Source of the DNA: the human T2T-CHM13v2.0 reference genome, Homo sapiens
Direction: 5' to 3' (one strand)
NCBI RefSeq assembly: GCF_009914755.1
Contig: NC_060926.1
DNA length: 64,000 nt
In this document: positions 30,248 to 44,744 of the stretch, piece by piece
Position numbering within the stretch: position 1 is the first letter of the stretch
Layout of the letters: each line of letters opens with the position of its first letter
The notes under the pieces: generated by a model
The model's input: the letters and a program-made list of their open reading frames with translations, nothing else
Databases searched by the model: none
What the model was told of the DNA's origin: nothing
Made by a program: the position numbers and the translations under genes

Positions 30248-30752
30248 ATATATACTATACTCTCCTCCTAGAGATCAACTGTGCACACCAGCACATTAAA
30301 AGATTCTGAAAGTTCTGTGGCAAAGAAAACCATTTACTTTTGTTTGATTCTTCATCTCCCACCATTATTTGACTAAAGACCCCTAAAAGCTCCCCAATTT
30401 AATAGAAAATTTAGGATTTAGAAAAATACATTCACTTAAGTAAACACTGTCTATTCACTACTATATCCTTGGCACCTTGAACAGTGCCTGGAAGACAACA
30501 GGTGCTCAAAATATGTTTGCTGAATGAGTAATTAAAATCAGTTGTGTGCTGGTAAATGTTTAAAAAAACAGCTTGGGGGAATGAAGGCAGAATGAGCATT
30601 GATTTCTAACATTTTCGTGGTGTAAACACTCCCACCAAGGCAGATCACAACCTACCAACCTGGCATTTCTGCACATGGAGTTGGGAGGAGATGCTCGTAA
30701 TCTCGCTGGTACAAAAAGTCTCCTGGACATCACTGATTAAAATGTGAAAATG

Positions 30753-31076
<324 letters not shown>

Positions 31077-31465
31077 TTAATGCAAATGCAGAATATCACT
31101 TCTCTAACCCGTATCCCTGGGGAATGAAGACTAAGTTTTCCAGATAATGGGATAAATGTTAAGTGAAAAATGCATATTTTTTAATTCAAAAAAGAAACAT
31201 TGTATGTTTATTAAGCGTGTGATACAAAATTTAACATTTTCTGCTAACTCAATATTGCCTATTATATAAATTATCTATAAAGCATCCCAAAGTGACGCTC
31301 TTAAATTAGACACATAAAGCTATTTGCCCCTATACTAAATCATGTTTTTAGCCTGGGGCCCAAGGCTGGGCTTCAGTGAGCCCAAGAATTCCTGACACTG
31401 AATACAAACTGATATATGTTTTATACTTCTTGCTGAGAAAAATGTTTACAGACTCCATTAGCTGT

Positions 31466-31841
31466 CACTATGGTCTGAATGGGTCCCTCAAAGCTTATGT
31501 GTTGGAAACTGAATCCCCAATGTAATAGTATTGGCAGGTGGGGTGATTGGGTCATAAGGCCAGAAAATGAATTAATGTCATTTCTGAGGAAGTAGGTTGT
31601 TTATCTTGAGACTGAGTTGGTTATAAAAGTGAGTTTGGCTCCCTTCTGCTCTCTTGATCTTTCGCCCTTACTCTTCCACTTTCTGCCATGGGATGACACA
31701 GTACAAAGACCCTAACTGGATGCCATTGCCATGCTCTTGGACTTTCCAGCCTCCAAAACTGTGAGCCAAATAAATCTTTGATCTTTATAAATTACCCAGT
31801 CTCAGGTATTCCATTATAACAGAATAAAGGGGACTAAGCCA
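31466..31841 (+). mobile_element. MST-like MaLR LTR
   Basis: ctatggtctgaatg...tgtgttggaaact...ccatgctcttggactttccagcctcc...aattacccagtctcaggtatt. Confidence 0.82.
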
Positions 31842-32403
31842 GGTGTCCATAAGGTTAAGAACCACTTCTCTAAGTAAATCTGGACTGTTCTGCTTACTTA
31901 ATTTGAGGCATTTTGGTTTTCTCCTTCTCTCTCATCAGGCTGTTAGTGGTTATTTCTTACTGACTGTGTGTACAGCATCCCTACCTCCAATTTGTTTTGA
32001 GTTGGAGAAACTGATTAAGTGAGCTCATTAGAAAATGTTTTCATTAAATTACTGAGGACTTCACCTGTGAATGTAGAGAATGAAACACAAAAATGTACAA
32101 ACTGGTGGCAAATGTGTAAAATAAACAGAATGTTTACACAGCTGATGGTAGTCCAGATTAAGTACATTATAAAAACACAACATATTCTACCCAATAAAAT
32201 CTATCTCCTTAGAAGCCTTTTACTTAAGATAATTTCCATTTTACAAGAGAATATACTTTTCAAACGTATCAGTCATAAAACTTAGAACCTATCCATTTCA
32301 GAATCCCGTTTTTACCTGAAGTCATTACAATCCATCCATTTTTTAAAAAAAGCTATGTATAGCAAACTTCATTTTTTAAAATTTTAATTTTTTAAAATAT
32401 TTT

Positions 32404-32472
32404 TTGCGCAGGGCCCATGCTAATCTTCTCTGTATCATTCCAATTTTAGTATATGTGCTCCCAAAGCGAGCA
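32404..32472 (-). pseudogene. 3'-truncated U6 snRNA retropseudogene (about nt 2-70) with 17-bp TSD
   Basis: Minus strand TGCTCGCTTTGGGAGCACATATACTAAAATTGGAATGATACAGAGAAGATTAGCATGGGCCCTGCGCAA; TSD caaacttcattttttaa at 32363-32379 and 32474-32490. Confidence 0.95.
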
Positions 32473-32564
32473 ACAAACTTCATTTTTTAAGATCACTTAT
32501 GTTTAAATCTGGGGTGAATGAACCAATTTCTAGAATTTGTGCCTATTATTTGAGGGCTGGATCT

Positions 32565-32795
32565 GCACTTGACCTTTGGTATATGCAGGAGACTGGTTCC
32601 AGGACCCTTGAGTGTACCAAAATCCACACTTGCTCAAGTCCCATAGCAGCCCCTGCAGAACCTGTGTATATGAAAAGTCAGCCATATATATATGGGTTTC
32701 ACGTTACACAAATACTGAGTTTGGTTAAAAAAAATCTGCATATGTGGACATGTGTAGTTCAAGTTCAAGCCTGTGTTGTTCAAGGGTCAGTTGTA
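32565..32795. mobile_element. MER2-family (Tigger) MITE
   Basis: ttggttccaggaccc...taccaaaatcc...gctcaagtccc...gtgttgttcaagggtcagttg-ta. Confidence 0.75.
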
Positions 32796-34176
32796 TATCT
32801 TTCATTAAAATCAGTGAAATGAGAACGACATACATATGCTTTCTCATGACATAAAATTTCAAAGTAAATTAAATTAATTTATAACTAAGCTCCATCAAGG
32901 CTTTGAACATTACTCTTACAAAGCACACCTAGCAATATTAGAAACTTTTGTTATGCTTTATAAAAATTTTTCTACCATTACTCCTCTTGCTAAAAATCTG
33001 CCTACTACGAGAGAATGGCCAATATGAATACCACTGTTTTCACTTTTCTCCTGTTCCCAATACCCTTCAACAACATCTCATTTGCTTCTGTTACTGCTGG
33101 ATATTTACTTCAATTGCATTATAGTAATCTTGGGAGAAACATAAAGGAGGAGCCAGGGAAAGGCAGAACAACTTCTAAGGACACGTTGCACTACAGCAAG
33201 CCTGAAATGAGGACAGCTTGAACTAAGGTCATTTAATGGGAATGGAGAGAAATGGTTAAAAATTCTACTTTATCCCAGGTTTTCTAGATTGTGGTTCTCC
33301 AGAACAAAAACTCACAAGAGCCACATTATTTTTTGCTTAGGTAATTATTTCCAAGAATAAATAGCTATGTTTTCTGTTGTGCTTTTAATCCAGAGGTGTC
33401 TAGAACAGTCCTCAAAGGAAGGGGTGATAGTGGAGGAGGGCCATTCCTCTCCACAGAGACGGACCTGAGCTCACTCAGTCAGCCAAGTATCAAAACAGCA
33501 TATTCACAAATAAGTTATAAAAGAGCTTGGCCAGACGGACAGGAGAAAGAAATGTAACACCAGATTATGGAGAAACGAAGAGGGCAACTTCAGGGAATAA
33601 GATAGGCAGAATGTGGTTATGATGCCAAGGATACGACTAAACAGAAAAACGCCTGGCAGCAACTAGATCTTTGATAATAACTAGTTTCTATCACCCTTTG
33701 TCAGTGCTATATCCTCCTCCCAAAGTTTCTTGAGACTGGCCTGGAAAGGGGCTTTCCTGTGCATCAGAAGGAATTTGAATCCATCAGACTCTAATTATTC
33801 TTCCAGAAATAGGAAAATCACAATGTAACTCTTAACATCTGAAACAAAAATGGAACAAGAGAATGATTCCACTATGACAGCAATTATTTTTAAGACCAGA
33901 TAAAATACTAGTTCAGATATACACTGATGAAATTAAACAACCTTCCAGCATTCTAATATCCAGTTTAATTAAAAAAAAGAGATGAATGCCATTGTTCCCA
34001 CTCAAGAAATAACACCAACACATAATGAAGTACTAATATTGCAATGTGCAATAAACCCACCTGCAAAGGGCTCTGTTGTATAAAAATTACCAAAGAAATT
34101 TAGCAACATAGCTTGCTGCTGACAAATCTAAGCAAGTACATAAAAAGTGGATTTTACCAAACAACCTACATGCACG

Positions 34177-34177
<1 letters not shown>

Positions 34178-34210
<33 letters not shown>
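34178..34210. repeat. (CA)n microsatellite
   Basis: Visible in the sequence. Confidence 0.95.
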
Positions 34211-34867
34211 TTTTTAAAATAATGGTTTTATTCAGGCTACACAGCAAGTATTAATAAGCTTTTCCACTATCTGATAATGCTGGCTTTTTAATCTGAAAAA
34301 GAAAATGGAATGCTTCTGAAACTCTTCTGTTATACAATAGAGAAATTACATAATTTGACCTCATGAGGCTAAACTATCAGCTCCCTTTCTCACTATTAGG
34401 GTAAGCTAATTTGTCTTCCTGCTTACTGCTTTTGTTCTTTTGGGATGAATGTAATTTCCCAAATATAAGACACTCCTGTTATCCTATTTATCCATTACCA
34501 TTTACTGTGACATAACAAAACTTTGTTTACTAAAACCTACTATAGCGCTCTACATTTCAATTTTCAATTTTCTCACACTCATTATTCAAAGAATCAGACA
34601 CTCAAATATGCTACATTATAAAGGGCTCTGGAAAACACTATCAAATAATTCTTTCCATCTGTTTAGTTAAAAGGAGGGGGAGAAACTGAGATTTCAATTA
34701 CTCTTCAAAATATTTTGATATGTATGCTTTATTTAAAGCCTGAAAGCTTCAGTATACAAAAGACTAGAGCTGTTAAAAAGTTCAGGATGATAGATACAGT
34801 ATTCATTATGTAGAATATATGTATACTTAAATATTAAAATATCAGGAAAAGGGGAAGGGAAATACAG

Positions 34868-35189
34868 GTTTGGTTTTTGGGGTTTTTTGTTTGTCTGTTT
34901 GTTTTGAGACAAGATCTCACTCTGTTGCACCAGCTGGAATGTAGTGGCATCATCATAGCTCACTGCAGCCTCTTAACTCCTGGGCTCAAACAATCTTCCT
35001 GCCTCGGACTCCGGAGCAGTTGGAACTACAGGCATGCACCACCACACCTGGCTAATTTTTAAATTTTTTAATGTAGAAATGGGGTCTCAAGATGTTGCTC
35101 AGGCTGGTCTCAAACTCCTGACCTCAAGTGATCCTCCCACCTCGACCTCATGAAGTGTTGGGATTATAGGTGAGCCACTGCACCCGGCC
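34868..35189 (-). mobile_element. AluJ
   Basis: Diverged Alu. Confidence 0.9.
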
Positions 35190-35329
35190 TACAAGTATTT
35201 GTATACCAATAGCTTAATATTCCATAGTCCACTTAGGTAAAATAAGATAAAAGACAATTCAGTTTACATTTCTGAACTTCTACCAATATCTTTTACTCAA
35301 GACAATGTGCTTTAACTTCAAGCCCCCAA

Positions 35330-35624
35330 TTTTTTTTTTTTTTTTTTTTAAGCAGAGTCTCACTTTGTCGCCCAGGCTGGAGTGCAATGGCTTGGCTCAT
35401 TGCAAGCTCCGCCTCCTGGGTTCACGCCATTCTCCTGCCTCAGCCTCCCAAGTAGCTGGGACTACAGGCGCCCGCCACTACGCCCGGCTAATTTTTCGTA
35501 TTTTTAGTACAGACGGGGTTTCACCCTGTTAATCAGGATGGTCTCGATCTCCTGACCTTGTGATCCGCCTGCCTCGGCCTCCCAAAGTGCTGGGATTACA
35601 GGCGTGAGCCACCGCGCCCAGCCC
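35330..35624 (-). mobile_element. AluY
   Basis: tgcaagctcc, ttcacgccattc and caggatggtctcgatc diagnostics. Confidence 0.9.
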
Positions 35625-36109
35625 CAAATTTTTAACTTATGAAAGTTTTTCATAAAACCATTTTAGCAAAAATACTAGCCCAGAAACAGCATCTCTCTTC
35701 ACCTCTTATAAGAGACCAAAGAGTCATTCTTACTATCTAAGGTAAATACATCTCAATTTAAGAGATCTATTACTTGATCTAAAAGACCATTTGCTTTTGA
35801 ATCATTTAGTAGTATGTACTGACTATTACTGGACTTAGCTAAGTTGTAACACATACCAATAAGTGGCTGGATTTCACATCACCCCTGCCACAATAAATGA
35901 CAACTTTTCATCAATTTAAAAACTTGAAATTTCAAGTCAAAATAAAGAAATGATTCTTTTTAAACTTGCTGAGGTTCATCATGCTACATATCTAAACCAG
36001 TAAAAATGGATAGTGTAATGTCTCTCAACCAAGACTTTGGTACTAAAAAAAAATCCTATATAGTACTCACCAACTCCATAAAATGTGCTTTAAAACAATA
36101 TTAAGAATT

Positions 36110-37470
36110 AGTGACTACAAACATAAGAGAATTCAGTAAGATAGTAACCTATAAAAAGAATATACAAAGATCAATAATCTTCATATATACAACATATTAT
36201 AATACAAACAACAGCAAAAATAAAGACTTCATTTCCAATAGCAACTAAATATTTGTATATTTTCACTTAATCACAAATGTGCAAACTTAAAGAAAACTTC
36301 AAAAACCTTTAAAGAAATGAAAGTAGAATTGAATGAAGAGAAAGTTATAATCATATTCTTAGAGAGGCTAAACATCATAAAGGTATCAACTCTTCTTAAG
36401 ATATTAAAATTCATACAAACCCAATAAAAGTATCAATTTTTTTCCTCCAGGAACTAGAAAGGCTGATTCTAAAGATCTTATTGAAAAATAAACAAGCAGT
36501 AATTGCCAGGAAAACTCTGAAAATGAAGAGCAATGAGAAAACAGCTCTAACAATATAACTTTATATGGCCTCAAGAACTAAAAGTATACGAGTGGCAAAT
36601 GAATAGACAGACCAGTGGGACAAAATACAAAGTCCGGAAATACACCCATTTAAAGAATTCTTAGAAACAGAGGAGATAATCCAATGAAAAAATGGACAAG
36701 TATGTGAAAAAGAAAAGAAATACAAATGGCCCTTGAATATATGATAAGCTGAAAACAGAAATGCAAACAAAAAATATACAGTGAGATAGTGTTTCTTATC
36801 AGATTGGCAAAATCTGATTTAAGTCCAACCACTTGTCAAGCTGTAGGGAAAGGGGGGGCATTCCAAGGACCCTCATATATTGCTGCTGAAATGCAAAATG
36901 CAAGATATATATACAGGGAATCCAATAATATCAATCAAAATTACAGACGCATGTACCCTTTCACCTAGCAAACACCCTTCTAGGAAACGAAACCATCACG
37001 AAACCTACATACATAAGAAATACACATGTACAAGCTTAATCAGTATGAAATTGCCTGTTAATAGCAAAAGACTGAACAAATTCAAGTGCAAAAGGACTGG
37101 CTGAATTAACTACAGCATATACCAACAAACGAATACTATATAGTAAAAAAAGAAAAAAAAAGATAAGGAAGGTCTTTATATACTGACTGATATAACGAGA
37201 GAGCTCCATGGAATAAAAATAAAGAAACCAGGGTGCAAAGTATTAGTGTGAATTAGCCTTTTGCATAAAGTCTAAAGGAATAAACAGAAATTAACAAAAA
37301 TTAATAAAAATACAGTTAGTAATACATAAAATGAACTAAGGAGAAGGGACAGATGGGGATGGGTGGGAAACAAGACTTCTCAGGGGATACTTTTTAAAAT
37401 AGCACTTTGCATTTTGAAACGTAAATAAACGCATTCTTTATTAAAATTATAAATTAAATTTGAAATAAAA
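36110..37470 (+). mobile_element. Old L1ME-like ORF2/3' fragment
   Basis: gaattcagtaag...ctgattctaaag...aatagacagaccagtgg...atcagattggcaaaa. Confidence 0.65.
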
Positions 37471-37553
37471 AGATAAGAAATTGGTGGCATGGTTAATATT
37501 TGGCCCCAAAAATTTACTAAGCCATGGTGTAAGCCTTTCCTTTGATGGTTTCA

Positions 37554-37936
<383 letters not shown>

Positions 37937-39779
37937 TCAGAAATGCAATCACACTTATCAACCTGCTCACACGAAATTCCCAATCTATCAATTAAAACTA
38001 AAGAACGTACTATGCTTTGAAAACGTATGTTGTACTATGTAACAAAAAGCCACATTGTTTACCTTGTTCAAGCTATAGTTGTAATTTATATGTCACTGAG
38101 AAGCCTGCAAGAAGAGTACCACTTGTGACAGGCAGTGAATACTTCAGATGACACAGACAAGGTTTTTAATAACAGCCAGTTCAGTGCAGGTCAGGCTAGG
38201 ATTATGCTAAAACTGGTAGGCTTAAGGTAGTGCGCAGCAGCCTTCAATCCAGTCAAAGAATGAAAGCCTCAGAGGAAAGGCCATTTCCAATATACATCAC
38301 ATCTCTTTAACAAAATAAAAACACATGGGAACCATCTCATTTCCATCTTTGAGGTGACCTGGAGTTTTGTTCAAGCCAAGAGGAAGACAAAAGTCTACAT
38401 GTAGCACCTCAGTCACATAAATGAGTACAGCTGATTTTCAAGTATTTTAGGAACTTAAGTAGTTAAATGCAAGGATTTGAGGCGATATTTTAGTGAAGAC
38501 TGCCTAGCTACCTAGCAGCAGGGTCAGACAAGCCTGGCAATGACTTTTAGAGAATCAGAATCTAAGTCACAGCCATATCACTCAGAGAAATCTGAGTTCT
38601 TACACAGAAACTATGCCAAAAAGTTAAGGGCTCCTGTTACAAGCATACATTTTAGTGTTTATTACAAGAGACTGCTGTAAGTAGGATCTTTGTTCTCATA
38701 TCTAACTAAGATCTAGCCAGGTACATAATATTTATATGGGGGAGGGTTTAATGTGGTTTAAAAAGAGGATATTTTATATTTCTGGAAACATTTAAAGGCA
38801 TGCTCACAAAAAGAAAAACAAGTTGGTAAGTTTATAAGACAATTTCCCCAGACTTCAGTAAGCTCAAAGCTCAGACCCATATAACCAACTAGACAATGCT
38901 ACCGACATCCATGTACCTCAAATTAATCCCCCCAAAAACCCTGCTATACTTTAGGTGTAGTGATACCACCCAACATCTCGCAACTGCCCAAGGGAGAACG
39001 CTATAACCCAACACCTTAACCCTCCCCATCCCTCCATTCACAGAATTATAAATGTCTGTTGTATGTTTTTAACTTCTCTGTTTCTATTACTAGTGCCCTA
39101 GAGTTCAGGCCACCATAATCTCTTCTCTGGAATACTACAGTCTCCAGTCTTGACTCTACCATCCATGCATCGAAGCTTTCACATTTATTAGCATAAGTTG
39201 CTCATAATATTTTAAAGTACTGCTAAATTAGTAGGTATGCTCTTTATATTTGCAACAATAATTAACAAATAATATTTATGCCTTCTCTTTTATTTCTTGG
39301 GTGTTCTTACCAGGTTTTTCTTTTTTACATATCTTGTCAAATGTTGAGCTTAGGTTTTATTGTTCCCCCCTCTCTTTCTTCCCCTTCATTTAGTTCCTGT
39401 TCCTCCTTATTATTTACATTTCCAGTGCCTATGAGTTTACTCTGCTCTTTTTTTAATTCCTTGGTGTTCATATCTAATCATTTTATTTTTTATTTTTTAA
39501 TAAGTGAATTTATTATTATAAATTATGACTGGAAGTCCTGCTTTATTTATATCTATAGCTTTAATTGTTTTTCATCAAAATAGATATTGTATAATTTTCA
39601 CTGTAATTTCCTCTTTAACTAATGAGTAATACAGTAATTTTCAGCTTCCAAAAGAAAGGTATCTGGCCAAAATACAGTAGCAGAAAGCAGCTATACCCTT
39701 TCACCTAAAAGAAAAGCTTTAAAAATGAACAAAACATATAACACTTAGTCTTTAGACATGAAATATCGGTTAGTTCTGA

Positions 39780-39827
39780 GACAGGAGTGTGACCCTGTCT
39801 CAGAAAAAACAAATAAATACAAGAATC
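39780..39827 (+). repeat. 48-bp exact copy of 40631-40678
   Basis: gacaggagtgtgaccctgtctcagaaaaaacaaataaatacaagaatc at both positions. Confidence 0.97.
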
Positions 39828-40368
39828 ACTGTAGTGTGCTACAGTGATTCCTTAAAAAAGAAAAATAAAATCCTACAGAGTTTTACAATTGTCCCGGCTT
39901 ATATTCTAGAGACAGTTTCCAGGCCTCAGTGCAGGGCAAGGGAACCCAGATGGAGCCTGATGGTCACCCTAAGTTGAGATGATGAAGCTAAGAATACAGG
40001 AAAATGAAGAAAGCTAGAATTCGTAGGACAGAGTACCAAAACAGAGACAACTATACAGACAGGAAGGGGAGGGGGGTGTCCCATCTTCATCTCAAAATTT
40101 CAGCTCAATACCAATCCCCATATCCTTGTGAGGAAACACACAAGGCCTAGAGCAGAGTCACCAGAAAGGAAGAGAGAGAACAATTACCAAAGATTTCTAA
40201 GGGTTGGGAATAGTTCATGCTCTCATCGGCCAGACTGGAAAACTTCATAATTTAAGAGACACCAGGTAGAATACTCAGAAGAATACTGTCTTAGTATTGG
40301 GGAAAATTAGCTGTAGGCTACCAGCTGCTCTGTTCCCACCTAACTGAGCTTCGAAATAATACCTGCAA

Positions 40369-40670
40369 GGCCAGGCGCTGTGGTTCATGCCTGTAATCCT
40401 AGCACTTTGGGAGGCCCAGGCAAGTGGAGCGCTTGAGCTGAGGAGTTTGAGACCAGCCTGGGTGACACGGCGAAACCCATCTCTACAAGAAAATACAAAA
40501 AAAAAGCCAGGCATGGTGGCCCGTGCCTGTAGTCTCAGCTGCTTGGGGAGCTTAGGTGGGCATTTCGCTTGAGCAGGAGAGGTTGAGGCTACAGTGAGCC
40601 AAGATGGCAATACTGCACTCCGGCCTGGATGACAGGAGTGTGACCCTGTCTCAGAAAAAACAAATAAATA
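40369..40670 (+). mobile_element. AluJ
   Basis: Diverged Alu. Confidence 0.9.
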
Positions 40671-42170
40671 CAAGAATCTGTTTCTGAAGTAATTTCACTG
40701 CACCACAGAAAAAAGCCCTAGAATACTAACAGGAATACAAAAATATCCAGGGCACAAAGTAGAATTCACAATGTCTGAAATACAATAGAAATTAATAATC
40801 ATGTAAAAAAGTAAGAAAATACAACCTATAAGGTAAGAAGAAAAATCAATAAAACAGATTCAAAAACAGAATTAGTAGAAACATTAAACTAGCTATGATA
40901 ACTACATTACATATGTGCAAGAAGTGAAGACTAAGCCAGTTAAATAGAAACACGGACTACGAAAAAAACCCAAATCATATTAATACATGAAAACTAAAAT
41001 AACTGAGATTAAACTACAATGGATAGAATAAGAGCAGATCAGACACCAGAAAAGATTAGTGAACTTGAAGAAAACGGTAATAGAAACTACAGTCTTTTCT
41101 CTGTCTGGAAAAAATGAACAGAGAGCATCAGTTAGTTGTGGGATAACTTCAAGTAGACTAAGAAACAGGTAAAGAGCAAAATTTTTTTGATTAATTGCCA
41201 AATTTTTTCCAGTTTTGAAGAAAACCATAAACCTACACCTCCAAGAACCTTCATGAACTCCCAGCAAGAGAAATGAGCAGAAAGCTACATTAAGACATAT
41301 CATAATCAAATTGCTTATAAAGAGAAATATATCAAAATTTGTGATACACAGCTAAAAGAAACACAGCAACAAATGCTCGTAAAAGGAAAAAAAGAAAGGA
41401 AACAGGAAATCAGTGACTTCAGCTTCCTCCTTAAGAAACTAAAGTAAAGCAAATGGCCAATGAACCTCAAGTAAGCAGAAGAAAGAAAATAAGATCAGAG
41501 TGTACCTCAATTAAATAGAAAATAAAAACAATACAGAAAAATCCATTAAACCAAAAATTGGGTCTTTGAGAAAAATCAATAAAATTAAGGCTCTGTTACC
41601 TCTAAGAAGATAAACTTCTAGCCAAACCAATCAGAAAAAAAGACAGGCCAAAAAGAAAAAAGAAAGAAAAAAAAAAGGGAGAAGACACAAATTTACCAAT
41701 GTTGGGAAGTAGAGACATGACATCACTACAGATTGTACACATATTAAAAGGATAATGAGAAAATATTATAAATAATTTTATGCCATTAAATTTCAACTTG
41801 GATGAAATGAATACATTCTTTGAAAGACACAAACTACCAAATCTCATTAAAGAAATAAACTAAATAGCCCTATATTTCTAAAAGAAACTCAATCTATAGT
41901 TTAAAATGCCCAATAATAAAGCCTCCAAACCCAGATGGCTTTGCTGATAAATTCCACCAAACACAGAAGGAAGAAAATATTTTACAGAAACTCTTTCAGA
42001 AAAATGAAAAGAATACTTCTCAAGATAGGGGCAGAGCAAGAGGGCCGAACAGGACTCCACCCACTGACACCCAGCAGGAACACCAAATTTAGCAACTATC
42101 CACACACAAAAAAGCACCTTTATAAGAACCAAAACTCAGGTGTGCACTCAAAGTACCTGGTTTTAACTTC

Positions 42171-42240
42171 ATATCACTGAAAGAGGCACTGAAGATGTCT
42201 GAAAGAGGCACTGAAGATATCACTGAAAGAGGCACTGAAG
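42171..42240. repeat. About 22-bp tandem repeat x3 (ctgaaagaggcactgaag core)
   Basis: Visible in the sequence. Confidence 0.9.
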
Positions 42241-43447
42241 GAAAGGCAATCTTGAATTGCCAACGTCCCCCATCCACCCACAGTGGCAGTGTGGCGCAGG
42301 GAATGTGTGTGCTTGAGGGATGGAAAGCACAGTGATTGTGAGACTTTGCATTGAACTCAGCTGACACCCGACCATGGAGGGAGTATTTAGATCAGCCCTA
42401 GCCAGAAGGGAAGTGCCTGTCCCAACAGTCAGAACTTGAGTTCTGGCAAGCCTCCCCACCATGGGATGAAGTACTCTGCAGCCCTCAATAAACCTGAAAG
42501 GCAGTCTAGGCCACAAGGACTGCAACTCTTAGGCAAAGTCGTAGGGCTGAGTGGGGCTTGGAGCCAGTGGACTTGGGGGGCATGCAAGCTATTATGACAC
42601 CAGCCAGGGCAGCTAAGGGAGTGCTTGTGCCACCCCTCCCCTAACCCCAGCTAGTGACTCTAAAAAAGATCCCTGTCTTCTGCTTGAGGAGAGAAGGAAG
42701 AGTGAAGAGGACTCTAACCTGCATCTTGGATACCAGCTCAGCCACACTAGGATATAAGACCAGTTAGGATCGTGAAGCACCCATTCCAGGCCCTAGCTCC
42801 CAGATAATATTCTAGACACACCCTGGGCCAGAAAGGAACCAGCTGCCTTGAAGGGAAGAACCCAGTTCAGGCAGGATCCAGTATCTGCTGACTAAAGAGC
42901 CCTTGGGCCCTGAATAACCAGCAGCAAAACCCAGGTAGTATGCTGTGAGTCCTGGGTGAAACTCTGACATGTGCTGGCTTCAAGTGAAAACCAGCGCATG
43001 CCCAGTTGTGGTAGCTACAGTGAAAGACTCCTGCTTGAGAAAAGCAGAGAGAAGAGTAAAGGGGACTTGGTCTTTCACCTTAGGTACCAGCTCAGCCACA
43101 GTGGGGTAGAGCACCAAGTGGACTCTTGGAGTCCCTGATTCTAGGCCTTGGCTCTTGGACAGCATTTCTGGACCTGCACTGGGGCAGAAAGGAGCCCACT
43201 GCCCTGAATGGTGAGTCCTAGGTCTGGCAGCACTCACCACAAGCTGACTGAAGAACCCTCAGGTCTTAAGTGAACATCAGCGGTAGCCTGACAGTACTCC
43301 CCATGGGCCTGTAGTGGTGGTGGCCAATGCGTGAGGCTCCTCTGCCTGTGGAAAGGGGAGGAAGGACTGGGAAAGACCACGTTTCATGGTTTGAGTACCA
43401 GCTCAGCCACAGTAAAATAAAACACCAGGAAGATTTCTGAGGTTTCT

Positions 43448-43770
<323 letters not shown>

Positions 43771-44436
43771 GATTTCTGAGGTTTCTAACTCCAGTCCCTG
43801 GCTCCCAGATGGCATCTCTGGACCCACCTGGGGTCTAGAGGAACTCCTCAACCTGAAGGGAAGGACACAAGCCTGGTTGGCTTCACCATCTGCTGATTAC
43901 AGATACCTAGGGTCTTGAGCAAACATAGGCAGTAACCAGGTAGGGGTCACAGCGGGCCTTGGGCAAGACCCAGTGCTGTGCTGGCTTCTGGTCTGACCCA
44001 GCACAGTCCTGGTACGGGTGGCCACAGAGGACCTTGTGTCACCCCTCCCCCAGCTCCAGGCAGCTCAGAACAGAGAGAGAAATGATGTTTCTTTAGGAAA
44101 AAGTAAAGGAAGAGAATAAGAGACTGCCTATGATACAGGGAATTCTTTTGGATCTTATTGAAGACCACCAAGGACGTACCTCTACAAGTCTACTAGAACT
44201 ACAGTGTTACTGGGATTGGGTTGTCCTTTACTGCAGGTATGGCTTAGATTACAAAATCCAAGTCCTTTTGAATATCTGCAAGGCCTTCCCAAGAAAGACA
44301 AATACAAACAAGCCCAGACTAGAAAGACTACAAGAAATACCTAACTCTTCAATGCCCAGACATGAACAAACATCCATAAGCATCAAGACCATCCAAGGAA
44401 ACATGACCTCATCAAACAAACTAAATAAGACACCAA

Positions 44437-44744
44437 GGCTGGGCACGATGCTCACACCAGTAATCCCAACACTTTGGGAGGCTGAGACAGGAAGACTACT
44501 TGAGCCCAGGAATTCAAGACCAGCTTGGGCAACGTGTTGAAATGCCGTGTCTACAAAAAATACAAACATTAGCCAGCTGCAGTGGTGTGCACCTGTGGTC
44601 CCATCTACGTGGGAGGCTGAGGTGGGAGGATCACCTACCTAAGCCTAGGAGGTAGAGGTTACAGTGAGCCGAGATCATGCCACTGCACTCCAGCCTGGGT
44701 GACAGAGTGAGACCCTATCTCAAAAAATAAAACAAAATAAAAAA
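44437..44744 (+). mobile_element. AluJ; TSD aagacacca
   Basis: Diverged Alu. Confidence 0.9.

Larger units (their letters stand above)
39660..42023 (+). mobile_element. Old L1M (5' region/ORF1/ORF2 pieces), continuing at 45749-46200
   Basis: ORF1- and ORF2-like A-rich sequence (gacatcactacagat...gatgaaatgaatacattc...ccagatggctttgctgataaattc). Confidence 0.7.

Noticed and set aside
32404-32472. Functional U6 gene
   Set aside because: It lacks the 3' third, has substitutions and is flanked by a TSD, so it is a retrocopy.
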